Below the pieces are notes generated by a model. It saw only the letters and a list, made by a program, of their open reading frames with translations, was not told where the DNA came from and ran no database searches. A DNA stretch of 64,000 nucleotides from Planctomycetota bacterium (lineage in GTDB: Bacteria; Planctomycetota; PLA2; JAEUHO01): assembly GCA_965223505.1 (NCBI GenBank), contig CBDCWP010000013.1, forward strand, positions 32,001-96,000, in the 5' to 3' direction. Positions 1 through 9,033 of the stretch are shown here, piece after piece; positions within the stretch are counted from its first letter, which is position 1; every line of letters begins with the position of its first letter. A program made the translations under genes and the position numbers.

Positions 1-2
1 CG

Positions 3-692
3 ATGCAGAACTCGCAGTGGCTGCCGGAGACGTACGAACAGCGCCGCGCCGGGTTCTACTTCTGCAACTCGCTCATTCAGCTGATGCAGAACGTCTACCT
101 GGATCTCAACTTCGAGCGCGAGTGGAACCACCCCGACAACCGGGGGTGGGTCAACCTCTTCAAGCACTGGTCGTGGTCCGGGATGTTCCGCATCACCTGG
201 GCCGTCAGCGCCAGCACCTACGGGTTCCGCTTCGTGGCGTTCTGCGAGCGCTATCTGGATCTGAAGGTCGGCCGCGACGAGATCGAGGTCGTCGGATCGG
301 GCACGGGCGCGACGCCGAGCAAGCAGTTGATCGACGCTGCGCAGCGCGCGGAGGAGGCGGATCGTCTCAACTTCTTCGAGCTCTACCAGATCAAGAAGTT
401 CGTCGAGCAGCACCGGGAGGCGCTCGACGGCGAGAAGCAGGTGGAGCTGCGGCTGCTGCGCCTGCATGTCGACGACCCGCGCAAGCTGGCCGTGGACATC
501 CGCTCGAGCGGATTCGCGTTCACGTTCGGGTTCGCGATCGTGACCGGCGACGGGCCGGAATCAGACCGGCAAACCGCGTACGTCCGCATCCAGGACCACC
601 TGCGCAACCAACGCCTCGAAGAACGCGTGCGCAGCAGGCTGCCGGAGGACGCGCGCCGCTTCGACCCGCCTGAAGAGGTCGCGCCTCGCTGA
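3..692 (+). CDS. C-terminal part of a large patatin-like phospholipase family protein (5' end outside window)
   Basis: The frame is open from the window edge. GFYFCNSLIQLM..VYLDL..HPDNRGW.NLF.HWSWSGMF resembles the C-terminal region I recall from large patatin-like proteins. The catalytic domain is not visible. Confidence 0.45.
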   Translation: MQNSQWLPETYEQRRAGFYFCNSLIQLMQNVYLDLNFEREWNHPDNRGWVNLFKHWSWSGMFRITWAVSASTYGFRFVAFCERYLDLKVGRDEIEVVGSGTGATPSKQLIDAAQRAEEADRLNFFELYQIKKFVEQHREALDGEKQVELRLLRLHVDDPRKLAVDIRSSGFAFTFGFAIVTGDGPESDRQTAYVRIQDHLRNQRLEERVRSRLPEDARRFDPPEEVAPR

Positions 693-697
693 GCGGA

Positions 698-726
698 GGT
701 TTCGCAAGCCTCGGCTTTTCAAAACC
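698..726. promoter_or_regulatory. Imperfect inverted repeat upstream of the SufR-like regulator (operator or terminator)
   Basis: GGTTT-cgc-AAGCC-tc-GGCTT-ttca-AAACC, followed by a TAAACT -10-like box at 740-745. Confidence 0.35.
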
Positions 727-754
727 TTGATTTCGGCCCTAAACTGGCGCGGTC

Positions 755-1378
755 ATGGCGGTGTCCAACTCCCGCGGCCGCATCCTGAACCTGTTGAAGA
801 CGGGCGGTCCGCAGACTGCCGCCGAGCTGGCCACGGGCCTGGGCGTCACGCCGATGGCGGTGCGGCAGCACTTGCAGAAGCTGCACGGCAACGGCCTGGT
901 CGGCTACCGGGACGAGGCGGGGCGCGTCGGTCGGCCGCGGCGCAAGTGGCTGCTGACACCGCTAGCCCAGGAGCGGTTTCCGGACAACCACGCGGAGCTG
1001 GCCGTCGAGATCATCGACGCCACGCGCGCCACCTTCGGACGGGAGGGACTCGCGGCGCTCATCGAGACGCGAACGGCGCGGCAGCGGCTGGAGTACGCGC
1101 GGCTGATGCCCGCGGAGTCCGCCCCGCTCGCCGACCGGATCGCGGCCCTGGCCGCGATCCGAACGCGCGAGGGCTACATGGCCGAGTGGACGCAGGAAAG
1201 CGACGGCAGCTTCACGCTGGCGGAGAACAACTGCCCCGTGTGCGCGGCGGCGCAGTCCTGCATGGGTCTGTGCACCGCGGAGCTGGAGCTGTTCGAGTCG
1301 TTGCTGCCGGACGTGTCGATCGAGCGCACCGAGTACATCCTCGACGGCGACCGGCGTTGCGTCTACCGCATCACGTAG
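755..1378 (+). CDS. SufR-like / ArsR-type HTH metalloregulator
   Basis: N-terminal winged HTH (TAAELATGLGVTPMAVRQHL, GRP wing) and C-terminal ENNCPVC...C..LC.AE...C cysteine pattern. Confidence 0.85.
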   Translation: MAVSNSRGRILNLLKTGGPQTAAELATGLGVTPMAVRQHLQKLHGNGLVGYRDEAGRVGRPRRKWLLTPLAQERFPDNHAELAVEIIDATRATFGREGLAALIETRTARQRLEYARLMPAESAPLADRIAALAAIRTREGYMAEWTQESDGSFTLAENNCPVCAAAQSCMGLCTAELELFESLLPDVSIERTEYILDGDRRCVYRIT

Positions 1379-2626
1379 TCAGCGCCACTCGATCCTGGAG
1401 AACTCCGCGCTCGAGCTGTCGACCGCGAGGCCGAACCCCGTCTCGGCCACGTCGAACGGCCCGTAGCTCTCGTCGCCGATCCGTAGATGCACGCCGTCGT
1501 CGAGTCGCTCGACCGTGATCTTCGTCGTTCCGTCCGATCCGATCGGCACGCCGCGTACGCGCAGCAGGCGCCGCCATCGACCGCCGATGCGGCGGTCGAC
1601 GCGCAGCGACCCCCAGCCGGTGATGAGCGCAACAGAATAGTCGTCGTTGTCGGTGTGGTGCAACGTGACGCCCGCGCGCCACCAGCGGCGATCCGGATGG
1701 TGGAGCGTCGCGATGAGCCGCTGCGACGGCTCCTTGAGCCGGCACAGGCTGACAACGTCGGCCCGGCCGCGCATGCGGCCCGGCCCGATCGACTCCCACT
1801 CGTTGAACACCTGGATCCAAGGCTGCTGCCGCGCCTGCAGCCACGCGACCAGGCGTTGCTGGAGCTTCGGGATGCTGCCGAAGCTATGGCGAAACGCCTT
1901 GGCCCCGCTTGCCCCCTTGTCCATCTTCGAGCGGAACGAGTCGAAGTTGGGCACCGGCTTGCCCTCGGCGCCCGTCGCCAGGAATCGAAACAAGGCCCAC
2001 GTCAACGCGCGTCCGGCGGCAACGCGGCCGTCGATGACGAACCGCAGATCGAAGGACGGCTTCAACACCACGGCGAGCGCCGCCGCCGCGTAGTCCTTCA
2101 GCGAGATCGGGGGACGCACGCCCAACCGAAGCGTCGTTCCGTCCCACTGATGCCAGGACAGGTATTCCGCCACCCCCTCCGTGTACCAGGGCGTGGACGG
2201 CGACTTGTTGCGGGTGCGCGCGAGAAAGTGGAACTGGTGGATCGCCTCGTGGATCAGCAGCACGCGCGTGTAGTACGTGGTCGGCTGCCGATACAGGAAC
2301 GCCGTTCGCGCAGGCGGCCAGTAGTACCCGCCGCCCGAGCGAGGCGGCGGCGTGCCGATTGATCGAAGGGCGGACTTGAAGCGATCCGCCGTGCGCAAGA
2401 AGCGCACCTCGAGCTTCTCGTCCTCACGCAGCTTCGGCGCCGCGCCGAAGAAGGCCTCGAGCTTCGGCCAAGCGGCCTCGAGGACGCGAGCCGCCTCGTC
2501 GGCCTGCGCCTGCGTGCCGTCCGCCACGACCCGATAGTGCTCGGTCTCGGCCGTGTGGATGGTCTCCGCGGCGGCGAACGGCGCAACGAGAACGAGGACG
2601 GCGACCAGCGCCGCTGCGCGACTCAT
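1379..2626 (-). CDS. Secreted DUF1570-like gluzincin metallopeptidase
   Basis: Signal peptide, HEAIH (HExxH) and downstream WYTEGVAEY; C-terminal beta-rich domain. Confidence 0.75.
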   Translation of the reverse strand: MSRAAALVAVLVLVAPFAAAETIHTAETEHYRVVADGTQAQADEAARVLEAAWPKLEAFFGAAPKLREDEKLEVRFLRTADRFKSALRSIGTPPPRSGGGYYWPPARTAFLYRQPTTYYTRVLLIHEAIHQFHFLARTRNKSPSTPWYTEGVAEYLSWHQWDGTTLRLGVRPPISLKDYAAAALAVVLKPSFDLRFVIDGRVAAGRALTWALFRFLATGAEGKPVPNFDSFRSKMDKGASGAKAFRHSFGSIPKLQQRLVAWLQARQQPWIQVFNEWESIGPGRMRGRADVVSLCRLKEPSQRLIATLHHPDRRWWRAGVTLHHTDNDDYSVALITGWGSLRVDRRIGGRWRRLLRVRGVPIGSDGTTKITVERLDDGVHLRIGDESYGPFDVAETGFGLAVDSSSAEFSRIEWR

Positions 2627-3858
2627 GCGCGCGGCGCCGACGCGTCGGCGTCCGTGTAGTGGTCGTGCAGACGCTCGAGCACCTGCTCGATCTTCTCGGG
2701 CGACAAGCGGTCGAGCGATCGCCGCATCGACGCGAGCACCTCGCGCGCCTCGCGCGCCTGCTCCTCCGCGCTCCCGCCGTGATGGACACGACGCACGTGG
2801 TGGATGCCCGTCAGCCCCTCGGAGAACAGGAACAGAGCGGCGGTGAGCGGCGTGACCTCGCTCAGCGTGAACAGGAGCGCGCGCAGCGCGGTTCGCGCCG
2901 CCGCGCCACGCCCCGTGTGCCGGGCCGCCTGCACCGCTTGGCGAACCGGGCCGGGGTCGGTGCGGTCTTCCACGCGCATCATCTTCAGACGGCCCGCCGC
3001 CAGCGCGCGATGACGGCGCACGGCGCGGGGTGTGTGTACGGACGGGTCGTAAACGCGCAGGTGCGAGAGGTGTTCACCGAGTTCGTACTTGGCGGGGTCG
3101 TCCCCGAGGCCCGTGTAGCGCTCGACGCGCAGCGCCTTGCGATGATCGAGCTCGTAGAGACCGCCGATCAGTTCCGTGTCCAAGCCGGTCCGGTTGAGCG
3201 TCACGCCGTGCAGCACCAGATACAGGGTCGGTGTCTTGGCGTCGTGCTCCTGGAGGTCTTGCACGACGTGACGCGCTTGAAGTCGCGCGTTCGCCACGGC
3301 GCCGAACAGCGCACGTGCCTCCGGTTGCACGACGTTCTCGTCGCGCAGGGCCGCCAGCCGGTCGAGCCCCTCCGAGCGCAACGAAGCGTCGAGATCGTGC
3401 ACGAAGGGAAGGTCGGCTCCGTCGATCGCGGCGTGGATGGCGCCGCAGTACGTCGACTCGGCGCCGTAGCGGTCCATGCGTCCGAAGTGCAACCCCTCGG
3501 GGCCCGAACGCGTCACCGCGACGTGGCTGTTGATCTTGACGACGACGACCTTGAAGCCGTGCTCGGACGCGGGGATCGCGAAGTGGTCTTCCGCGATCCC
3601 GGCGGCCCCCCACTCGTACCGCCCACCGGGGTTGGCGATGCGCATCGGCACGTGGCTGCCGTACTTCAGGCGCGGCAGCATCTCCTGGGCGAAGCTGCGT
3701 TGAAACGCCTCGGCGCACTCGTGCTCGCTCTCGTCCACACAGGTGATCTGCAAGGCGCCCACCGCGGAAGGCGCGAGAGTGCGGACCGCGCTGCGAAGCT
3801 CGGCGCAGACATGGGCGAACGCATGCTCCGCCCCCAGCAGCTCGAGGAGCTGTTTCAT
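2623..3858 (-). CDS. LCIB-like (beta-carbonic anhydrase fold) protein with C-terminal helical extension
   Basis: TCVDES, NPGG, SHVAV, GRMDR.G.ESTYCGA and LVLHGVTLN occur in the order and spacing of LCIB motifs. ATG 3858 is preceded by a TACCAT box. Confidence 0.6.
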   Translation of the reverse strand: MKQLLELLGAEHAFAHVCAELRSAVRTLAPSAVGALQITCVDESEHECAEAFQRSFAQEMLPRLKYGSHVPMRIANPGGRYEWGAAGIAEDHFAIPASEHGFKVVVVKINSHVAVTRSGPEGLHFGRMDRYGAESTYCGAIHAAIDGADLPFVHDLDASLRSEGLDRLAALRDENVVQPEARALFGAVANARLQARHVVQDLQEHDAKTPTLYLVLHGVTLNRTGLDTELIGGLYELDHRKALRVERYTGLGDDPAKYELGEHLSHLRVYDPSVHTPRAVRRHRALAAGRLKMMRVEDRTDPGPVRQAVQAARHTGRGAAARTALRALLFTLSEVTPLTAALFLFSEGLTGIHHVRRVHHGGSAEEQAREAREVLASMRRSLDRLSPEKIEQVLERLHDHYTDADASAPRA

Positions 3859-3902
3859 GGGCGAGATGGTACGGGGCGGCGCGGCCAATGCGCGCCGCGA
3901 CG

Positions 3903-5360
3903 TCAGCGACGCTTGGGCACGGAGCCCTCCGGCGGACGAAGGAAGTCCGCCTCGCCGCGGCGGGCGCCCAGCGTCCCGAAGCGCTGATAGGCCCTGCGCT
4001 GGGATCGGTCGAGACGGCGCAGCTCCGCGGACGGAACCGCCAACCCGGCCGTCCCGTGCCCGAGCACGCCCAGGTCCATCACGTACTGCAGCGCCTCGCG
4101 CTTGCGATGCTCGTCATCGCCGGCCCAGGCGGTCACCTGCGCGGCGAGCCGCCCCAGGTGATACGCGCGCACCGCGTCCTCGAGCGCGGGGCCGCGACGC
4201 ACGCGGTCGAGCTCCGTCGCCTCGGTGGACTTGTGAATCAAGCGCGACCCGTTCCAGACCTCCACGACGTACCGGAGTCGGTCCCGCCGGGTCGTCATCC
4301 GCGCCGTCACGGGCTTCGCGTCGCCGAGCGCCTCGAACGACGAGGGCACGAGACTGCGTGCGTCGTTGGCGACAGGCACGAGGCGCAGCGAGAGCGCACG
4401 CGTCGGTTGGATGTCGTGCGACGCCAGGTACCGCGCGGGATCGAATCGCCACAGGGCGACGCGCGCGCCGTAGGCGCCCATGTTGACGGCGAGGTTCGTG
4501 TCGTCCTTCGATCCGGGAACGCGCCACGCGCCCGACGGCACGTCACGCGCAAGGCCGACCGGCCGCGGCGCCAGGACGTCCGTTCGCGGATCGGTCGTCC
4601 ACTGCGCGATCGGCGCGAAGCGGGCGGCGGGCACGACGCTCTGTGTCACCGTCGCCGTGCGCTCCTTGCGAACCCGCACGACGTCGTGATACAGCTTCTT
4701 GCCGTCCGCGACGTGAAGCTCGCTCGTGAAGCTCAGCTTGACGCGCACGATCTCGCCGGGCGCGAGCGGCCAAACGGCGATCGTGAGACGGTTCCGCTGG
4801 TTGCGCTCGACGAGCAGTGGATCGCGTCGCTCGCGCCAGTCACGGATGCTCGTGTACGAACGGCGCGCCTGTTCCGCCGGCAGCACCTTCGCGACAGTGC
4901 CGGGGCCCTTCGCGCGAAGGAGCTCGGCGGAGATGATCTCGGCCGACTTGTCGATGACGAACGTGCGCTCCCACTCGCTCACGACCTTTCCGAGGTTGCG
5001 GATCGAGAGCGTCAGATCGGCGCGGGCCAGATCGCCGATGAAGCGCACGCGATCGTGATGCAAGACGGCGAGCGTGCCGTCGCGCTGGATGACGACATCG
5101 GGCTTGGCCGGGGTGTCCGGCGTCGGCCGCGGCGCCGACGGTGAGGCGCTCGGGTCCTCGGGCAGTCGATGCCGGTCGAGGTTACCGCCGCGCGGTCGGA
5201 GCTCTCCGCCCAGGCGCGCCCCGTCCAAGTCGATGCCGGCCCGCCGCGCGGCGGCTGCGGCGGCTTCCGTCAGGCGGTCGTTGGCGGCGGCGTCCCCTGC
5301 GCCGATCCACGTCACGGCACATACGACCATCAAGATTCTCGATACGACCCTTGCGCTCAT
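3903..5360 (-). CDS. Secreted VIT-domain protein (no clear vWA domain)
   Basis: Signal peptide; A.V...EQARRSY..I....RDPLLVE.....L...VWPLAPGE..RV.LSF is a VIT-domain pattern. Confidence 0.65.
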   Translation of the reverse strand: MSARVVSRILMVVCAVTWIGAGDAAANDRLTEAAAAAARRAGIDLDGARLGGELRPRGGNLDRHRLPEDPSASPSAPRPTPDTPAKPDVVIQRDGTLAVLHHDRVRFIGDLARADLTLSIRNLGKVVSEWERTFVIDKSAEIISAELLRAKGPGTVAKVLPAEQARRSYTSIRDWRERRDPLLVERNQRNRLTIAVWPLAPGEIVRVKLSFTSELHVADGKKLYHDVVRVRKERTATVTQSVVPAARFAPIAQWTTDPRTDVLAPRPVGLARDVPSGAWRVPGSKDDTNLAVNMGAYGARVALWRFDPARYLASHDIQPTRALSLRLVPVANDARSLVPSSFEALGDAKPVTARMTTRRDRLRYVVEVWNGSRLIHKSTEATELDRVRRGPALEDAVRAYHLGRLAAQVTAWAGDDEHRKREALQYVMDLGVLGHGTAGLAVPSAELRRLDRSQRRAYQRFGTLGARRGEADFLRPPEGSVPKRR

Positions 5361-5639
5361 CGTCCACCTCCGTGATTGCGCCGTGAGACCTCGCGATTCC
5401 CGTTCCGGACCGTGCCGAAGCGGGGCGCATTCGCGCCCTCGACCGGAAGAGGAGGCGAATCATGCGGGTGCGCCGAAGGTAGGACGGCCGTGGGATGCGA
5501 TCGGTCCAATGACGTCTGCGTTTCGCGGACGTAACGCGCGGTTTCGCGGAATCGAAGGCTGGTGGGTCACGTTGACGAAGGGGCGGATCGGCGGCGGCAA
5601 GTGCCGTCACAGGGGCCGCCCGGTCGTGGTTCCCTTGGC

Positions 5640-5733
5640 GGGGCGAAGGCGCGGCAACGCCGATGAGGACGCCGCGTAGGTCCACGCAAGGACGAGAGCG
5701 GGTCGGTCGGCGAAGCGCCGTCGAGCATCCGGC
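5640..5733. repeat. Dispersed structured intergenic repeat, copy 1
   Basis: Shares GGGGCGAAGGC, GAGGACGCCGCGT, CCACGCAAGGACGA and CGAGCATCC blocks with 27666-27751. Confidence 0.75.
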
Positions 5734-5789
5734 AAGCCGCATGCCCGCGCAGATCTGCAGACTTGCCCACGACCGAATCGCACGCTCGA

Positions 5790-6302
5790 TCAGGCGGATT
5801 GCAGAGCCGAGGGGGCGTGGGCTCCCAAAGGAACGCCTGGACCGCGCCCAGGCTGATCCTCGTCCGGCAACGCGGGCGGCGGGAGATGCAGGACCGGTTC
5901 GTCGATCGGCTCCGTGGGTGGCTCGGCATGACGAGGTGCGTCATCCGGGCCGTCCGTGAGCACACAGAGGTTCCCGCCGCCTTCCGGTCCTTCGAGCTCG
6001 ATGATCACACGTCGCGCTCGGCCGTTCTCGCGGATGACGTTCACAACGTGCGGCGCGTCCCGGCCGCTCACCGGTGCGACGAACACGTCGCCGACCGCCG
6101 TCTCGGCCGTGCGCGTTCGGAAGGGGCGTCCGTCGGATGTCGTTTTCTCGGCGGCCCTTTGCAGGCGCGCCTGGAGTGCGGTGAGATCGGAGGGCGTCGC
6201 CGCGAGCAGCATTCCCGCGTCCAACATGACGACGCCGCCACTGGGATAGGTCATTGGGTGCGACTCGAGCTTGGGTCGATCGCCTTCTCTTGGATCGTGC
6301 AT
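5790..6302 (-). CDS. Hypothetical protein (170 aa, Pro/acidic tail)
   Basis: GGAGGT SD at 6306-6311 before ATG 6302; sigma-54-type promoter just upstream. Confidence 0.6.
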   Translation of the reverse strand: MHDPREGDRPKLESHPMTYPSGGVVMLDAGMLLAATPSDLTALQARLQRAAEKTTSDGRPFRTRTAETAVGDVFVAPVSGRDAPHVVNVIRENGRARRVIIELEGPEGGGNLCVLTDGPDDAPRHAEPPTEPIDEPVLHLPPPALPDEDQPGRGPGVPLGAHAPSALQSA

Positions 6303-6324
6303 GGAACCTCCGTGCTGATGGGTC

Positions 6325-6339
6325 GCAAATGCCCTGCCG
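6325..6339 (-). promoter_or_regulatory. Sigma-54-type -24/-12 promoter
   Basis: CGGCAGGGCATTTGC, GG-N10-GC; predicted +1 about 6313, immediately before the SD. Confidence 0.6.
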
Positions 6340-6467
6340 GTTCGATCGCGCCCCTGGCAAGGATGATTGGCGCGGGACCGGAACCCAGAGCACCGATGGC
6401 GCGCAGCCGCGGCTCCGATGCGCCCCGGTCGGCTCGAGACGGCCGTGTCGAGCGCGGCCCCGATCGG

Positions 6468-6482
6468 CGGTACGCGGATTGC
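6468..6482 (+). promoter_or_regulatory. Sigma-54-type -24/-12 promoter
   Basis: CGGTACGCGGATTGC, GG-N10-GC; predicted +1 about 6494, next to ATG 6495. Confidence 0.55.
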
Positions 6483-6494
6483 GGACCGTGCGGC

Positions 6495-6743
6495 ATGGTT
6501 GATCAACACGAAGCACAGCAGGCGAAGCGCACACTGACAGACCGGCGTTCGGAGCTCGATCTCGAGCTTGCCGACGTACGAAAGCGGCGCGACGAGCTCG
6601 AGTCGCGCATCGACGCGCTCGACCGGGAAGTGGCGCGCCTGCGCAAACGTCTCTTGGACGTACACCGTGAGGAAGGCACGCTGCGCGTCAAGATCGGCGA
6701 CGTCGATCGTGCCGTGCGTGCGACCGACGAACTGACCTCATGA
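6495..6743 (+). CDS. Small coiled-coil protein (82 aa)
   Basis: Heptad Leu/Ile pattern; ATGA overlap with the downstream CBS gene; 3' part of track ORF 5763..6743. Confidence 0.6.
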   Translation: MVDQHEAQQAKRTLTDRRSELDLELADVRKRRDELESRIDALDREVARLRKRLLDVHREEGTLRVKIGDVDRAVRATDELTS

Positions 6744-7216
6744 AACGCGACGTCGTCGCGGGGAAACGGATGCTGGTGAGACACATCATGACGCGCGGCG
6801 TTCGTTGCGTCCACGACGACGACTCGATCAGTAGCGCCGCGCGGGCGATGCAGGCAGCCGGGGTGGGTTTCCTTCCCGTGCGAAGCGAGGGACGGGTCGT
6901 GGGCGTGGTGACGGATCGCGACCTGGCGCTGCGTCCGGCGACACGCGCGCTGCCGCCGTCGACGACGCGTGTACGTGAGATCATGACGCCGCACGCTCAC
7001 GCCGTCGAAGAAGGCGCGTCGATCGCTACGGCGGCGCGGGCCATGGTGCAGAAGCAGGTCCGGCATCTCCTCGTGCTGGACCGACGCAATCGTCTCTGCG
7101 GTGTCGTCACGCTCGGGGATCTCGGGCGTCGCGCGAACGATCCCTCGTACGCCGCCGCCGTGCTTCGCCGGGCCGTTCCGCGCGACGAATCGCCGACACT
7201 CGTCCCCTCACGCTGA
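6740..7216 (+). CDS. CBS-pair domain protein
   Basis: Two CBS repeats (IMT...GFLPV..GRVVGVVTDRDL; IMT...VRHLLV...LCGVVTLGDL). Confidence 0.9.
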   Translation: MKRDVVAGKRMLVRHIMTRGVRCVHDDDSISSAARAMQAAGVGFLPVRSEGRVVGVVTDRDLALRPATRALPPSTTRVREIMTPHAHAVEEGASIATAARAMVQKQVRHLLVLDRRNRLCGVVTLGDLGRRANDPSYAAAVLRRAVPRDESPTLVPSR

Positions 7217-7258
7217 CGGAGGTCGGTCCGACCGCCTTCGGGCTCTTAGAATCGGGAC

Positions 7259-8665
7259 ATGAGCGCCGACCACGAGAGCGACCTTCCCCGTGTGCTGATC
7301 GCGCTGCCGGAAGGTCCGACGCGCGACCGACTCATCGCATTGCTCCGCGAGCGTGACGTCGAGATCGAGGCCACTCCCGACGACCCGCGTGAGGGGCTTG
7401 GCGCCTCCAGCGCCGACTTGGTGGTCGTCCGGAGAGAGGACCTGACCGCGGACGATCATCGCCGGCTCGACGTCCTGGCCCGCGACGAGAGCGCGCCGGA
7501 CGTCGTCGTGGTTGGTGGCGACATGGACGACAGCGCGAAGGTGGACTTGGTGGCGGCTGGCGCAACGGACGTCTTCGACGCCACCGAACTGGACGTACGA
7601 GCGGCCGACAGTCTCGAGGTCATGGCCGGTGGTTCCGGTGGCCACGCGACGCCGGAAGGCGCACAGCCGTCGTTGAGCGACTTCGCTTCGCGCAGCAAGT
7701 CGATGCATGCGCTCATCGAGCTCGTACAACGCGTCGCGCCGACGGATTCGACCCTGCTGATCGGGGGGGAAACGGGTGTCGGGAAGGAGCATCTCGCGCG
7801 CGCGATTCACACCGAGAGTCTGCGCCGTCGCGGACCCTTCGTCGCCGTGAACTGCGGCGCGCTGCCGGAGCAGCTTTTGGAGAGTGAGCTCTTCGGTCAC
7901 GCGACCGGCGCCTTCACGGGGGCGAGTGGGCCTCGCAAGGGGCTGTTTCAAGCAGCCGACAAGGGTACGTTGCTCCTCGACGAGATCGGGGAGATGGCGC
8001 TTCATCTACAGATCAAGCTGTTGCGCGTGCTGCAGCGCGGAGAGATTCGCGCCGTCGGGTCGGACGAGAGCGCACGCGTGGACGTGCGTGTGATCGCGGC
8101 GACGAACCGCGATTTGCGCCGGCAGGTCGAGAAAGGCACGTTCCGAGAGGACCTGTTCTTCCGGCTCAATGTGGTCGAGCTCGTCGTTCCGCCCTTGCGT
8201 GACCGAACGGAGGACCTGCCCGCACTGATCGGATCGCTCATTCGTCACTGCCGATCGCAGACCGGACGAACGGAGATCGAGAGCATCGACGATGAGGCGC
8301 TGGGCGCACTCGTTCAGTACGCGTGGCCAGGCAATGTGCGTGAGCTGATCCACGTTCTGGAGCGCGCGATGCTCGTCTGCCGGGGCGATGTCATCACCGT
8401 CGCGGACTTGCCGGCGCAGGTGCTCGACGACGAGGGGCGATCCGTCGGCGGGTCGCTCGGAACGTTGCCGGACGAACTGCTCGAGCTCGAATGGCGCGAA
8501 GTGCGTCGCCGCGTCCTCGAAGCGGCAGAGCGCACGTACCTCGAAGCCGCTCTACGCCGTTGCCAAGGTGTCATCGGCGCAACCGCGAATCACGCGGGCC
8601 TCTCTTCGCGCAGTCTCTACGACAAGATGAAGGCGCACGGCTTGCGGAAAGAGGACTTCGCGTAG
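7259..8665 (+). CDS. Sigma-54 enhancer-binding protein (NtrC/Fis family) with degenerate receiver domain
   Basis: GETGVGKE, ESELFGH..GAFTGA, LLLDEIGEM, AATNRDL, FREDLFFRLNV, WPGNVREL and a C-terminal HTH. Confidence 0.93.
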   Translation: MSADHESDLPRVLIALPEGPTRDRLIALLRERDVEIEATPDDPREGLGASSADLVVVRREDLTADDHRRLDVLARDESAPDVVVVGGDMDDSAKVDLVAAGATDVFDATELDVRAADSLEVMAGGSGGHATPEGAQPSLSDFASRSKSMHALIELVQRVAPTDSTLLIGGETGVGKEHLARAIHTESLRRRGPFVAVNCGALPEQLLESELFGHATGAFTGASGPRKGLFQAADKGTLLLDEIGEMALHLQIKLLRVLQRGEIRAVGSDESARVDVRVIAATNRDLRRQVEKGTFREDLFFRLNVVELVVPPLRDRTEDLPALIGSLIRHCRSQTGRTEIESIDDEALGALVQYAWPGNVRELIHVLERAMLVCRGDVITVADLPAQVLDDEGRSVGGSLGTLPDELLELEWREVRRRVLEAAERTYLEAALRRCQGVIGATANHAGLSSRSLYDKMKAHGLRKEDFA

Positions 8666-8676
8666 CCGTCTCGGAC

Positions 8677-9033
8677 CTACTCCGACGGGTCCATCGGTGT
8701 AAGCGACCGATCGCGCCTGGCCGCGACGAGCAACGACACCAGCGCGAGACCACCCATGGACATCAGCGCCAGCCCCCAGGAAGCGCCGGCAACGACCAGC
8801 AGCACGAGCAGCGCCACGTAGGTGATGAACAAAAAGGCGAGCTTCCAAAGCTGCGGCGGACGCGCGTCGAGGACCGGGTCTTGATCGTCGAGGGCGCGCT
8901 CGACCTCGCGACGGGCCGTCGCGATCTCGCGCAAGTGGCTTCGGGGGCGACGGCCGGGCACAGTGCGGCGCAGCGCCATCCGCGCCCGTGCCGAATATTC
9001 CCAGTCACGCAGCAAAGTCATGCGCTCGGGCAA
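8677..9033 (-). CDS. Hypothetical membrane protein (2 TM)
   Basis: Two hydrophobic C-terminal helices; start may be 9021. Confidence 0.55.
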   Translation of the reverse strand: MPERMTLLRDWEYSARARMALRRTVPGRRPRSHLREIATARREVERALDDQDPVLDARPPQLWKLAFLFITYVALLVLLVVAGASWGLALMSMGGLALVSLLVAARRDRSLTPMDPSE

